Positions 13,488 through 26,759 of a stretch of DNA of 64,000 bases are shown here, piece by piece. The DNA comes from Octopus sinensis. Lineage: Eukaryota. The notes beneath the pieces are model-generated. The model did no database searches and was not told the DNA's origin. It saw only the letters and a list, made by a program, of their open reading frames with translations. Within the stretch, counting starts at the first letter, position 1; every line of letters starts with the position of its first letter. The stretch spans positions 171,926,001-171,990,000 of the forward strand of contig NC_042998.1 in the NCBI RefSeq assembly GCF_006345805.1. The letters are read 5' to 3'. Position numbers and translations under genes: made by a program.

Positions 13488-13531
<44 letters not shown>

Positions 13532-13563
13532 TACTATATATATACATACATATACATACATAT

Positions 13564-13643
<80 letters not shown>

Positions 13644-13660
13644 TATATACATATATATAC

Positions 13661-14237
13661 AGCATCTTATGGTGGCTGCCCCCTCGTTATCGAGTATGCC
13701 ATTGCACGAAGCTTAATCAATGTTGTTATCGTGCAATGCCTGTGCAAGAAGATTTTTTTAAGGTGAGGAAAGGCTGTGCACTGTGTCAATTCGACTCACT
13801 AAGCAACAGCAGTCATAATCCGAAAAGAAGAACAAGTCAACATCATCGGTAACCACTGAGGTTTTATGTCGGAGTTATCCCAGTTTTATGTCGGAGTTAT
13901 CCCAGTTACCTGAGTTACCTTCTCCTAGAAGGATGCCTTAACAAAGGCTAGGAGTCCTTCACTCCCAATGTTTAACCGCGCGATCGGGTATTCAGTCCGA
14001 TATTTTTTATGTCCCCCGCGCATGATACAGCCTTAAGACATTTATTGGATGGCCGTTGACTCTCAAGAGTTCCTCCGCCCTTTGACGGGTTTTGTTTTTC
14101 ATCCCGCAGGGTGTCCAATAAACACCCTTCTCACCAACAAGCTTGGTGGGGTTGCCGGTTTAGTCGCCGACGACCCAACTATGCAACATGTTGTACTGGG
14201 TTACATGTTACCAGTAGCACTCGAAAGTGACCTGACA
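13661..14237 (-). mobile_element. Probable RTE-related non-autonomous retroelement
   Basis: GC-richer non-coding block in (TA)n. Motifs ctcctagcctt...ctaggagaaggtaactc and a terminal ggcagccacc resemble RTE-type UTRs. Internal 22-bp tandem duplication at 13861-13904. Confidence 0.4.
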
Positions 14238-14305
14238 TATGTACATATATAAGTATATATATATATAATATATATTATATATATATCTAATGCATTTATA
14301 TATAA

Positions 14306-14362
<57 letters not shown>

Positions 14363-14397
14363 GTATATATATACATATATATATATTACATATATAC

Positions 14398-14449
<52 letters not shown>

Positions 14450-14451
14450 AT

Positions 14452-15118
14452 TAGGATAGCATTTTTCGAAAAAAATTTTACAATGGCCAGCATATTGAAA
14501 ATACCTTTAAAGGTTAAATTTATAACCAACTTATAAACAAGGGCAAAAGAAAAAAATTCCAATGCCAAATATGCTGAAAACAGACACATCGTCAATAACC
14601 ATATAATTCATCACTATAAGAGCACGTCTCGAAGAAAGCCGACAAAAATAACTAAAAAATTCCGTTATTATCATATCGGACCCGATTTCAGACTTAATTC
14701 ATAAGAACCTTCTCTTCGTCAGTGATAAATGCGGCAAAGAAATAAATGAAATACTCACTCATTCTCATGAAAGAAGCAAACATTAAGTCATGAGCAGAAT
14801 TAAGTACCCCAAATTTATCCAAACTAGAAATTCTCCAGCATACCTCGAGACACGAGGCGAAAACTCTCATAGAGTGAGAGAGTCCGGAAGTGAACACTAT
14901 TAAATTTACTTCTAATATAGGATAAAATTTTTCAAAAAAAAATTCTATCAATGGCCAGCATATTAAAAAATACCTTTAAAGGTTAAATTTATAAACAAGG
15001 GAAAAGAAAAAAATTCCGAAACAGACACATCGTGAATAACCATATAATTCATCACTATAAGCACGCATCTCGAAGACCCGATTTCAGAGTTAAATCCATT
15101 AGAACTTCTCTTCATTAT
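14452..15118 (-). mobile_element. Retrozyme-like tandem element, ~466 bp unit (one full unit plus a deleted partial unit), subfamily A
   Basis: The unit repeats at 14452 and 14918; contains an intact hammerhead; non-coding; (TA)n flanks. Confidence 0.8.
14662..14734 (-). ncRNA. Type-I hammerhead ribozyme, apparently intact
   Basis: ccgcat-ttatca-CTGACGA-aga...tct-GAAA-tcgg-gt-ccga-TA-tgataa-taacgg. All core nucleotides are present and all three helices pair. Predicted cut after AUA, between 14674 and 14673. Confidence 0.88.
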
Positions 15119-15153
15119 CTATATCTATATCTATATCTATCTATCTATCTATC

Positions 15154-15189
<36 letters not shown>

Positions 15190-15668
15190 ATATATATATA
15201 CATGCATAATGTACACACACACATATATTTACTTACATACATATACATATAGCAGCGTACGTACACTTGTGGTCTCCTACATACATGTATATATTCGAAC
15301 GTTTCGAGACGCATAAATTATAATGGTTATCGACAATTTTTTGTTTCGGCATATTTGGCATTAGAAATTTTCTTCTGCCCTTATCTTGTAAATTATTTAT
15401 AAATTTAACCTTTAAAGGTATTTTTTGATATGCTGGCCATTGATAAAAATTTTTTCCCGAAAAAAATTTTATCCTACATTAATTATAAATTGAATAGTGT
15501 TCACTTCCGGATTCTATCACTCTGTGAAAGTTTCTAGTTCGAATCACAAGTGTCTCGAGATGTGCCGAAGATTTTTCTATTTTGGATATATTTGGGGTAC
15601 TTGGGTCTGCTCAGGACTTAGTGCTTGCTTTTACCATGGGTATGAGTAAGTATTTCACTTATATCTCG

Positions 15669-15736
15669 CGTATTTGCCGCTGAAGAGGGGAAAATTTTCT
15701 TATGATTAACCCTGAAATTGGACCAATCGGTATACG
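15669..15736 (+). ncRNA. Type-I hammerhead ribozyme (array copy 1)
   Basis: ttgccg-CTGAAGA-gggg...ccct-GAAA-ttgg-a-ccaa-T(-)cggta. One base is missing at the cleavage site relative to copy 2. Confidence 0.75.
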
Positions 15737-16116
15737 AATTTTTTAGAGATTTCTATCGGTTTGTTTCGAGACGCATAAATTATATGGTTATCGACAATTT
15801 TTTGTTTCGGCATATTTGGCATTAGAAATTTTCTTCTGCCCTTATCTTGTAAATTATTTATAAATTTAACCTTAAGGTATTTTTGATATGCTGGCCATTA
15901 ATAAAAATTTTTTTGAAAAAATTTTATCCTACATTAATTTAAATTGAATAGTGCACTTCCGGATTCTATCAATTCTGTGAATTTCTGTTCGATCACAAGT
16001 GTCTCGAGATGTGCCGAAGATTTTTCTATTTTGGATATATTTGGGGTAACTTGGGTCTGCTCAGGACTAGTGCTTGCTTTTACCATGGGTATGAGTAAGT
16101 ATTTCATTATATCTCG

Positions 16117-16187
16117 CGTATTTGCGCTGAAGATGGGAAAATTTTTCTTATGAATAACCCTGAAATTGGACCAATACGGTAATAACG
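16117..16187 (+). ncRNA. Type-I hammerhead ribozyme (array copy 2)
   Basis: ttgcg-CTGAAGA-tggg...ccct-GAAA-ttgg-a-ccaa-TA-cggtaa. One C is missing in stem I relative to copy 1. Confidence 0.75.
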
Positions 16188-16413
16188 AATTTTTTAGAGA
16201 TTTCTATCGGTTTGTTTCGAGACGCATAAATTATAATGGTTATCGACAATTTTTTGTTCGGCATATTTGGCATTAGAATTTTTCTTCTGCCCTTATCTTG
16301 TAATATTTATAAATTTAACCTTTAAAGGTATTTTTTGATATTGGCCATTGATAAAATTTTTTTCCCGAAAAAATTATTTTTATCCTACATTAATTATACA
16401 TGTATATATACAG

Positions 16414-16446
<33 letters not shown>

Positions 16447-16723
16447 TATATAATATATTATATATATATATATATAAATATATATATATATTATATATAT
16501 TATATATATATATACATATACATATACATATATATACATACATTATACGTACATATGTATATATATACAGGCTTATATATACATACACTATATACATAGA
16601 TAAGTATACATATACCCATACATATATATACAATATATATATACACACATACATATATTATATACATATATACGTACATATATATATATAATATATATAT
16701 ATATATATACATATATACGTACA

Positions 16724-16755
<32 letters not shown>

Positions 16756-16761
16756 CTATAG

Positions 16762-16798
<37 letters not shown>

Positions 16799-16817
16799 CA
16801 TACATAGTTATAAATAC

Positions 16818-17397
16818 AGTGTAATTTAAACACATAAGAGATAGCCATCATAGGACTACCTGCACGCTAGAGATCTCAGTTAAATTAGAGATAAAAAATC
16901 AAAGGGAATGAAAAATGAAAACTTTTACCATCTAACTCCTGGACCAATGGTTTCTTACTTTTTGTTAGCAAATAAAATAATTTGCTTAGCGAAGACTTCT
17001 TCAGCAGGTACACCTTACATTAAATATATATACACGATGCAATCCAGTATATGCCCCGTGCATATACATTCTAATCTTTCAAATCTACCGCGCAAGCGCA
17101 GCTCCCTGTCGGCAGTAAATAAATATGCCGGCTTTTTCATTTCGAAAACTATCCCCAAAATTATCAATAATTGATAATATCAAAGGTTAATCGGGAATAT
17201 TAGAAATTTCCATTACCAGTGGCCTAGCGTGTAAAAATTCAGTCAATAGATTATATATAGTGTACATTTAGAGACATAAGAGGTAACTATCATAGGACTA
17301 ACCGCACGCTAGAGAGGACAGTTAAATTCCGAACCACTATTAGAGATAAAATATCGATGGAATGAAAAATAAAACATTCACCATCTAACTCCGGCAC

Positions 17398-17398
<1 letters not shown>
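16818..17398 (-). mobile_element. Retrozyme-like element of a different family, ~453 bp unit with a ~130 bp terminal direct repeat
   Basis: 16818-16945 is repeated at 17259-17398; contains a hammerhead; microsatellite flanks. Confidence 0.7.
16938..17008 (-). ncRNA. Type-I hammerhead ribozyme motif
   Basis: cctg-CTGAAGA-stem II (distal agcaaat/atttgct hairpin, mismatched base)-GAAACCA-T-TGGTC-cagg; GUC cleavage triplet. Confidence 0.72.
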
Positions 17399-17433
<35 letters not shown>

Positions 17434-17482
17434 ATATATATATATTCATATATATATATATATATATATTATTATATATATA

Positions 17483-17513
<31 letters not shown>

Positions 17514-17588
17514 TAATATACATATATATATATAGTACATAATATATATACCATGTATATATATATACATATGAATAAATATATATGC

Positions 17589-17619
<31 letters not shown>

Positions 17620-18669
17620 ATTATATATATATATATAATATATATATATATAATATATGTATATACATACGTATATATACACAAATGGACGCGCTTTGGG
17701 AAGGCGCTCCAAGTCTCGCGCCGTCGCAGTCGAAGCCAGTACGGTTCCCGCTCGACCGAATCCTCTTCATCTAGTTCCCGGTCTTTGTTGTACCACGCCA
17801 GGCACTTCCCGCCCAGTTATCCTCAAATCGTGCATTTTTTGTGAGGAAAACCGCGTATCTAACGAGGCGTTTTATGGTTGACACGAGTTCTAGTTGCTCT
17901 ATTTGGCCTTTGCATCTCGCTACAGACAAACCAAAGCGTTCAGAGATCACCTTGCATGCGGTCATTTGGTCTTCTATTGCGACTTATGGTCAAATTTCAT
18001 GAAATGTTGACAGTAATCTTCGCCGTGTGGATCAGCTATTCCAAAGAGCAAACCTACTCATCGACCCTCCACTATATTACCACCACTGGGCCACCTATCT
18101 ATATGCTCCAGCTTGGCCTTATTCGCCCCTCCACCAGCCCTTGGGCATCTACCCTTCATATATAAATACACACACATATATATCTATACATATTCATATA
18201 TACATATACATATATATACATACATATACATATATACATACACATATATTTACATATATGTACATATATACATACACATATATTTACATATATACATATA
18301 TACATATCTATATATACATACATCTATATGTACATACATGCATATATATACATATACATACATACATACATATATATATATATGTACATACATACTCACA
18401 CACGCACACACTCATATATATATATATATATATATACACCCATCCATCCATCCATCCATCCATATATATATATATATATATCGTTTTTCAATTTGTTTTA
18501 GAAACTTTATCTGAAACTGTGTGCTGAAACCGATACTGTTACCCTTTGGGAGAGATATACTGCCAGTAAACACACTCACCGGTTTTGGTTCACTTCGATT
18601 TTTTTGTTAGGTTAACAGAAATTGCTCATCACACCGCTCTGATACGCAAATGGTTTGAATGTGTGTATG

Positions 18670-18721
<52 letters not shown>

Positions 18722-18984
18722 TATATATATATATATGTCGTCAAAATGCAACTGATTTTTTTCCCCTTCTTCACTATTTTGAAATTTTATTTCATATCAT
18801 AAATTGTAACTGAAACAATCTATCGTTTGAATGAAATATTTACTTTGATATTAATAAAAGGAGAAAATATCACATACACACATATACACAAACAAAAAAA
18901 ACACACACACACATACACACATACACATAAGAGACGGCATAATTAAATATATATATATGTGTGCGTTTGTGTGTGTGTGTGTGT

Positions 18985-19042
<58 letters not shown>

Positions 19043-19664
19043 GTTGGTAACATGCAATCTAATGAACCTGAAATTACTGGGGTTTGTCCGTCAGCAATTA
19101 AATCCGTTTACACAAAAGAAATGCCTTGTGAAGAGGATCTGCTTGAAGCTTAGCAGCAAAAGTACAATACTTGTGTAAAGACACCCGAACTCAGCATGAG
19201 GTCAGCGGTCGTATAACAACGAAATACGTGGAACAGAACCACTGGAGATGGTGAACGATCATTCGGTAGTTCAATACGATTTTTAAAAAGAATGAAAGAG
19301 CGCTGTACATGATTACCACCGACTAGAAAATGTAAGAACTTCGTAATCAGAAAACATTTAAATATGTGAATTCTGTCGTTCTTCTTTAACGTGATTCCCA
19401 ATCCTTTAATATAACGAAAGCTTCGTCCGTCCGTTCGTCTGTCCGAAGCCATCAGTAATCAGATAGAGGAAAAGAGAAGGTGAATGAAATAAAAGAGAGT
19501 GAAAGAAAGAAAGGAAGGAAGAATGAATGGAAGAAAGAAAGAGATATTGAGGAAGACGTCAGTCCGTCACAACATATCAATAACGAAGGAAGGGGTGATA
19601 AAAAGAGGGGGGAAAAAACTATAGTAGAGTTGGAAAAGAGAGGGAGGTTGAGAAGTGGAGTTGA

Positions 19665-19764
19665 NNNNNNNNNNNNNNNNNNNNNNNNNNNNNNNNNNNN
19701 NNNNNNNNNNNNNNNNNNNNNNNNNNNNNNNNNNNNNNNNNNNNNNNNNNNNNNNNNNNNNNNN
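19665..19764. other. Assembly gap (100 N)
   Basis: Run of 100 n characters. Confidence 1.
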
Positions 19765-19959
19765 CATGACTGAAAGGCATTTAAATAGTCTGAAAACCAG
19801 CTAAATTACGTACGACAGTTGCAATTCTGCGTCAAGAGATTCTTCTGACATCTTGTTATGGCATTCAACAATTGGTTTGATATCTCTACCAGATTAAATT
19901 ATTAAAGTTCTAGGCTGAAAAAATGTATTCAAGGATCAAACAATTGTTTAGAAAAAAAT

Positions 19960-21030
19960 GGTTTCCTGAACGCTTCTGATGAAACAAGCAAAAGTTTTGG
20001 AAAAATGCTCACATCATCAGACCAGTATTTAGTGGCCTCATCTTGAATTATGGCATCTCTGCTTACAAGTGGCAAGATTGATCAATCTCGTTTTAAGTTG
20101 CCACAGCCTTTCCATAAAATGAGTCCTCTCGACAATATTGACAAAGAACCTGGACAACCAAGTTTCAATGAGTGCGCAGTATCTCACAAATTGCATTCAA
20201 TCTCTCAGTCAGACTTTACAAGATCTCGGCGACGACACTAATATCATGGATGACGTCTAAGTATTACTCTCTAGTGAGAGCACCCCGGCTAATTAATTGA
20301 AAGCACGTATCACAGAAGCTTTTATTTGGGATGAAACGTCATCCGTCTTCTAACAGGAGAGCTATTCATAATAGAGCTGTCTCAGCAGTCAAATTTGCAA
20401 ACGTTTTGTTGCAGTTAGGAGCAATGTTCAAGTACCATTTGACACAATGAATGGAAATGTCAGAATCCAAATAAATTATAGGACAATGATCTACATAACT
20501 CAAGAATGCTATTTAAAGTTAATCTTAGTCTTCCATAGAACTATAGAAATCACGAGGGGCTTTCTGAATGCGCCATATAAGAAAAACAATGACATTCAAC
20601 TGGAACCAATCAATCCAGATGGTATACGTCAGACAACACTGTAGTCCACGTTAGCGTTATAACGAACTATCGAACAGTGTTTCTAAAGTTTCTAAAATTC
20701 TCTTCAGCCCTCTGCTGGGCCATCTCACAATGCTCGAAGGAGGAGATGCACCAATTCTCTGTAAAGCAACAAGACCGACTGACAAAATTCTTGCGCCCTT
20801 TATGATTGAAGCTACCATTATGGCTGGCTGTGCCAAGGAGAAACATGTTTTCTTTCCAGGTGTTCACCTCATCCTATCATATATACTAATTTTGTTCAAG
20901 AACATTCACTTTCTAATGACATTGCTTTTTTATGATCATCAAGTCTTACACAGTCCCTCAAAATTTCTGGAGTTAACTGACGAGTTCATTCTTCTCTCAT
21001 AGCCAGCTTTGTGTAACAGCCCATGTGCTT
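19960..21030 (+). mobile_element. Decayed Helitron RepHel Pif1-like helicase region
   Basis: FLNASDETSKSF (cf. FLDAPGGTGKTF), VASS*IMASLLTSGKIDQSRFKLP (cf. ASSGIAATLL.GGRTAHSxFKLP), MIEATIMAGCAKEKHVFFP and FSHSQL. Confidence 0.8.
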
Positions 21031-21093
21031 AATCTCCGACAGGTATGGAGAAACCGGATTTCTTCAGGCTAGTAAACCCTGTATCATTATTAC

Positions 21094-21130
<37 letters not shown>

Positions 21131-21131
21131 G

Positions 21132-23160
21132 TCATTTACTTTTAATCTGCATGTTTGATGCAATCACTTGCCGGAGCACACCCAGCGCTCTAGGGCAAGT
21201 GAAGGTTAAGAGTTGTTGAAATATAGCTGAAAGCTTGGGGAGGGGAAGTAGAGATATATCTCCATGTAATGCAAACAAACATTTACATTGATAGGGTTTT
21301 TCTAAGGATGTGGGCAGTACTTGTGCACAATCTTTTGGATTTCCTTGAGACATGTTTTCCAGGGATATTGTCTAGGTGTTTCTGACATCCCTTTTTTATC
21401 ATACCTAGGGCACCTACAATAACAGGAACAGTTTTTGTTTTAAGATTCCACATCCTCTGTTTTTCGATTTCCAGGTCCTTATATTTACTAAGTTTGTCAA
21501 TTCCTTGACAGATACATTTTTATCAGTGGGGACGCTTACTTCTATTAATCTGCAGGTATTTTCTTCCCTGTCTTTCACAATTATGTCTGGTCGATTAGCC
21601 TTGATCGTTCTGTCAGTGTTGACTGGTAAATCCCAGAGGATGGTGACATCTTTACCTTCAACAACTGGCTGAGGGGTGGTTTCATACCAGTTAGCAGGAG
21701 TGTCGGATTTGTAGTGTTTACATATCTTCCAATGTTATACTGTCCTACCCTATCGTGGCGATTTTTGTATTCGTTGGTGTCAGCACAGGACATCCCGAAA
21801 CGAGATGGTCTATTGTTTCGTCAAATGTGTCACAGAATCTGCATTTAGGGTCAGTACCGTTTCGGAGAACGTTAGCCTGGTAATTTCTGGTAAACAAGCT
21901 TTGATCTTGTGCTGCATTATGAAGCCTTCAGTCTCTGCTTCAATCCAGAGCTCTTCAGCCACTGATGGTTTGTTTGCTTGCCTACATCAGCGTTTTGGCT
22001 TCGGAGAATATATTGTCCATGCAGGGGCTTCTGGCTCCACCGCCTCTCAATTTGATTCTGCCCGTTCTTTTTGCAGTCTGCTTGATTCGCTTTGCTTGCT
22101 TGGTAGCAGTGGTTTCCGACTCTTCATTTGATTCAAGGTTACTCTAGTTCCCTTTCGAACTTATAAGCTTCCTTGACAATAGAATGCAGCTTTTTGCTGC
22201 TTTCGTGTTCGCACACAAGTCGCAGCATCCAGTCCTTTGTACTAGATAGGTACCTGTTCATTCCTACAGTAGAGGTCTTATAGCACAGCTCTAATTGCAT
22301 CATTCCTCTCCCCCCGCTGCTTCTAGGTAGGTACAAGCGGTCTACATCTGCCTTAGGGTGGTGCATGCTCTTGGATGTCAGTAACTTTCTGTCTTCCTGT
22401 CCAAGCGTTGGAGTTCCGTAAGGTTCCAGTTAATGATGTTAAAACTGTACTGGACTACTGGAAGTGCCAGGGTGTTAATGGCCTCAATGCAATTTTGGGA
22501 GTTGAGTTCAGTCTTCAGTACAAGCCTTATTCTCCTATAATATTCCTTTCTTATCTTTTCCTTCATAGTAGCATGATGTAACCATCTCCTTCGTTGATTC
22601 CTAGGTATTTGTAACTTTCTTGTGGGTCAAGTTCCTTGATGGTAGTGTCAATATCTAATTTAACAGAAGCTGTTTGCCTGAGCTTGCCTCTTACAAAAGT
22701 TGCTTTAGCACACTTATCAAGGCCAAAATCCATCCCGATATCATTGCTAAACTTTAACAGTTGTTAGCAGCCCTTCTAGCTCTTGGTCATTCCTGGCAAC
22801 AGCTTTAGGTCGTCCATATAGAAAAGTGTTTTTATTACCTTACTAAAAACTTTGTACCCATATCTGGTACTATCCAATTCGTTTGAGAGTGGGATCAGTG
22901 CCATGCAAAAAAGTAATGGAGAGAGGGAGTCACATTGAAAGATGCCTCGTTTGATGTTGATGCTATTGGACTGGCTTATCCCATTACTATGGCTTAGAAA
23001 GAGACGTGTGTTCCACATGGTCATGCTATTCTCTAAGAATTTTGAGACGACAGGAGAGATCTTGTATATCTCAAGGGCCTTGAGTATCCATTTATGTGGG
23101 ACACTGTCATACACTTTCCTGTAGTCTATCCATGCCATACTCAGGTTTTTTTTTGTTTTT
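21132..23160 (-). mobile_element. R4/Dong-clade LINE, 5'-truncated and frameshifted, in (TAA)n
   Basis: AWIDYRKVYDSVPH, GIFQCDSLSPLLF, FYMDDLKL, RLYLPRSSGGRG, RHDRVG and RLE region; (TAT)n on both sides. Confidence 0.92.
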
Positions 23161-23167
23161 GTTATTA

Positions 23168-23246
<79 letters not shown>

Positions 23247-23452
23247 GAAGGCGGCGAGCTGGCAGAACCGTTAGCACATAGGATGGAATGCTTAGCAGCA
23301 TTTCGTCCGTCTTTACGCTCTGAGTTCAAATTCCACCGGGGTCGACTTTACCTTTCGGAGCCGATAAAATAAGTACCAGTTGAACATTGCGATCGATGTA
23401 ATCGACTCATCCTCTCCCTCAAAATTGCTGCCCTTGTGGCAAAATTTGAAAC
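23247..23452 (+). mobile_element. tRNA-derived SINE, second family
   Basis: ggcggcgagctggcagaa...gagttcaaattcc (A/B-box-like), ataagtaccagtt body. Confidence 0.8.
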
Positions 23453-23526
23453 CATTATTATTATTACTATGTGAAAACTCAGCCTATTTTGTTGGATATG
23501 ATGGAAAGTGTTAACTGTCCATAGCC

Positions 23527-23593
<67 letters not shown>

Positions 23594-23601
23594 TTATTAT
23601 T

Positions 23602-24153
23602 GAGTGAGAGAGCAGCGCATGCCATCAAAGTGACACCTGGGTAAAATATACGAAGCCCAGTATACTCATCATGACTACTCGTCTGATAAGGGTACACTTG
23701 GCACATGCACCACAACCATATGTGCGCGATATGGTGATCTCATCAAGATAAACATCACATGACCTTGCAGGTGGGGCCCAGTTAGAATTTTCTTCTGGCC
23801 GAGTAACCCATCCCGCTCAAAAGGTCCCTGAATAAGGGTTGTTTAAGGATGCTGAACGAACCAGCCATGTTTCCAAAGGTGAATTATCCAAACCTCCAAC
23901 ACACGGCTATGATGCTCCCCCACTACTGCTCATGATCAGAGATGCACATATCATCAGCCACTAAAGGACATGGTCAACTGGTTAAGGTCAAACAACTGAC
24001 AAGCAAATCTGTGGTATTGAGCAGAATATTTGCTGTAGCCCATATATCTGTAGCCCATCTTTTATACCAAGACAAAACAATGTACATGATAACACTTCCA
24101 ATCAGTTAAGATCAGAAGCCATGAGAGCCACTGCCTGGTACTGCATCAGGGCA
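23602..24153 (-). mobile_element. ~555 bp non-coding (TAA)n-targeted retroposon, full-length copy
   Basis: Reverse complement of 59647-60201 with identical termini; (TAT)n on both sides. Confidence 0.8.
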
Positions 24154-24168
24154 TTATTATTATTATTA

Positions 24169-24207
<39 letters not shown>

Positions 24208-24225
24208 TATTATTATTATTATTAT

Positions 24226-26235
24226 CTTTTTTTTCTTCTTCTTTCAAATTTGCTTCCATTTCTTGCCGAGTGTCTTCCCGACTCCTAGGGCAAAGAAACT
24301 CATAGTATACATTGGTAGGCCATTAAACTAAACTCACTAGTTCGTTCACTTTTTTTTTTTTTTTGATAGAAATAAAGTTAAATTAAAATACATGGGTAGT
24401 AATAGTTCTCACATCGACAATGCTCTTCTCAATACGTGTGATGTACCAGTTAAGAAATCTTTTGCACTTCTTGCAGGGATGGTAAGCCAGGGATTATTTT
24501 CATATAATTTTCGGTTCCCTTCTTGATCATTCCTTGCGCTCCTACGATCACTGGTATAGTAACCGCCTTGAGATGCCACATTTTCTCAATTTCAATGAGT
24601 AGGTCTTTATATTTTCTGAGCTTGTAAAACTCTTTCGCCGAGATATTATGATCACAGGGGATGCTCATGTCGATCAATAAGCAAACTTTATTGTTTTGGT
24701 CTTTCACAACAATATCTGGTTTATTGGCTTTGATGGTTCGGTCTGTATGTACTGGAAAGTCCCACAGAATCGTTACATTTTCTCCTTCAGTTACAGCTTC
24801 AGGGTGGTGATTATACCACTTGTCGGCAGTTTTGATATTGTAATGCCGACTTATTAGCCAGTGTAGATATTGGCCAACTCTGTCATGTCTTAATTTATAC
24901 TCCACTGGTGCTAAGACTTTACATCCAGAGATTAGGTGGTTCACTGTTTCAATCATGTCATTGCAGAATCGGCATTTTGGTTCTGTTCCATTTTTCATCA
25001 CATTGGCCTGGTAGTTCCGGGTTAATAGGCTTTGATCTTGAGCAGCCAGGATGAAACCTTAGCTCTCTGCTTTTAGCCCTGAGCTCCGTAGCCACTGATG
25101 GGTTTGCTTCTGGTCAACATCAGCTTGTTTGCTGCGGGCCACATATTTGCCGTGCAGAGGTTTCTCCTCCCACCTATCAGCCAATTGCTCGTGCGCTTTT
25201 TTCGTTGCCATTATTTTCATCTTCTTTGCAACAATAGTTGCCGTACTTCCCTCGGGTTGTTCAGTTTGGGTATCCTGCACGAGATCAATAGGAAATTTTT
25301 TGCTTTCCTTTATGATAGAATGAAGCTTCTTTCGTCTCTCGTGTTTTTCCACGAGCTTTAGCATCCAGTCATTCGTTATTTCAAGATATTTGGCCAGTTC
25401 AATTGTGGTTGTTTTGTAAGCTAGTTCAAATTGGATCAGGCCTCGACCTCCTTGGGCTCTGGGAAGGTAAAGGCGATCTACATCTGCCTTTGGGTGGTGC
25501 ATCCTATTACAACTCAGCAGCTTGCGTATTTTCCTATCTATATTCTTTACTTCACTCATATTCCAGTTCAACACATTGTAGCTATAAGTAACAACTGGAA
25601 CTGCTAAGGAATTTATAGCTAACACCTTGTTACGTGCATTTAGTTCACATTTCAGGACTGCACGAACTCTCCTATAACATTCCTTCCTGATCTTCTCTTT
25701 CATGCTTGCATGCTGAATACCAGAGCCTTCATTTATCACTAAATATTTGTATGTTTGTTCTTGCTCAAACTCTTTTATGACTGTGTCAACATCTAACACG
25801 ACTGAATTTGTGGTCTTCACTTTCCCTTTCTGGAAAGTGACCTTGGCACACTTCTCAAGCCCAAGCTCCATCCCGATGTCATCGCTGAATGATTTCACAG
25901 TGCGCAATAGGCCTTCAAGTTCATTATCGTCTTTACCATAGAGTTTTAGGTCATCCATATAAAATAGATGGCTTATCTTTTTATTGGCAATTTTATACCC
26001 ATACCCTGTTCTGTTTAATTCACTTGTAAGGGGTATTAGGGCTGTGCAGAATATTAAAGGTGAAAGTGAGTCACCTTGAAAAATTCCACAGTTGATGTTT
26101 ATATTTTCTGAGGCAAGTACTCCATTAGAGTGGTATAATTGGCGATTCGTATTCCACAACGACATATTGAAAGCCTGAAATCACGGGGGAAATTTTGAAG
26201 ATGTCCAGCGATCTCATGATCCATGGATGCGGTAT
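24226..26235 (-). mobile_element. R4/Dong-clade LINE, 5'-truncated, well preserved (RT, CCHC, RLE, 3' UTR)
   Basis: ORFs 25059-26165 (GIFQGDSLSPL, FYMDDLKL, GGRGL) and 24450-25001 (CRFC...HLISGC, RHD, KPDIVV...IDMSIP, KYKDL). Confidence 0.95.
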
Positions 26236-26254
26236 ATTATTATTATTGTTATTA

Positions 26255-26289
<35 letters not shown>

Positions 26290-26305
26290 GTTATTATTAT
26301 TATTT

Positions 26306-26654
26306 GATGAAAACTCACAACTTATTTTGCTGGGTATGATGGAAAGTGTCAATTGTCCACAGCCAGCAGACTAAGATGACACTTGTTTACTGGTCATGCT
26401 TCAAGAATCCCGCAAAGAATTCTTGCAGTTCCAAGCAATGCTGATTTTTGTAGGTGTTCTATCTTTACATTTGTACCAGTCATTTTGAGCCATGCTGGTA
26501 GTTGAGTGCTGATACTTCTCAATGCCCCAACTTCTACTCTGCTCATTGACCACAGCCTTCGTATTTCCCACTTCAAATCGTCGTAGTTGTTCAGTTTTTC
26601 TTCTTTATCTTTGATCCTGTTGTCACCGGGACATGCTATATCGATTATCATGCA

Positions 26655-26655
<1 letters not shown>
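26306..26655 (-). mobile_element. R4/Dong-clade LINE 3' fragment (third family); the same 3' end recurs at 23470-23527
   Basis: IIDIACPGD...YDDLKWEIRRLW...LQKSALLGTARIL; bounded by (TAT)n and (TTC)n. Confidence 0.85.
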
Positions 26656-26685
<30 letters not shown>

Positions 26686-26759
26686 CTTCTTCTTCTTCTT
26701 CTTCTTCTTCTTCTTCTTCTTCTTCTTCTTCTTCTTCTTCTTCTTCTTCTTTTCTTCTT

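Larger units (their letters stand above)
15301..16396 (+). mobile_element. Retrozyme-like tandem array, ~460 bp unit, ~2.4 copies, subfamily B
   Basis: Units start at 15301, 15763 and 16214. Diverged homolog of 14452-15118 in the opposite orientation. Ends at the same unit position (atccta...) followed by (TA)n. Confidence 0.8.

Noticed and set aside
14150-14237. Possible HDV-like ribozyme at the 5' end of the RTE-like element
   Set aside because: The nested double pseudoknot could not be built by eye.
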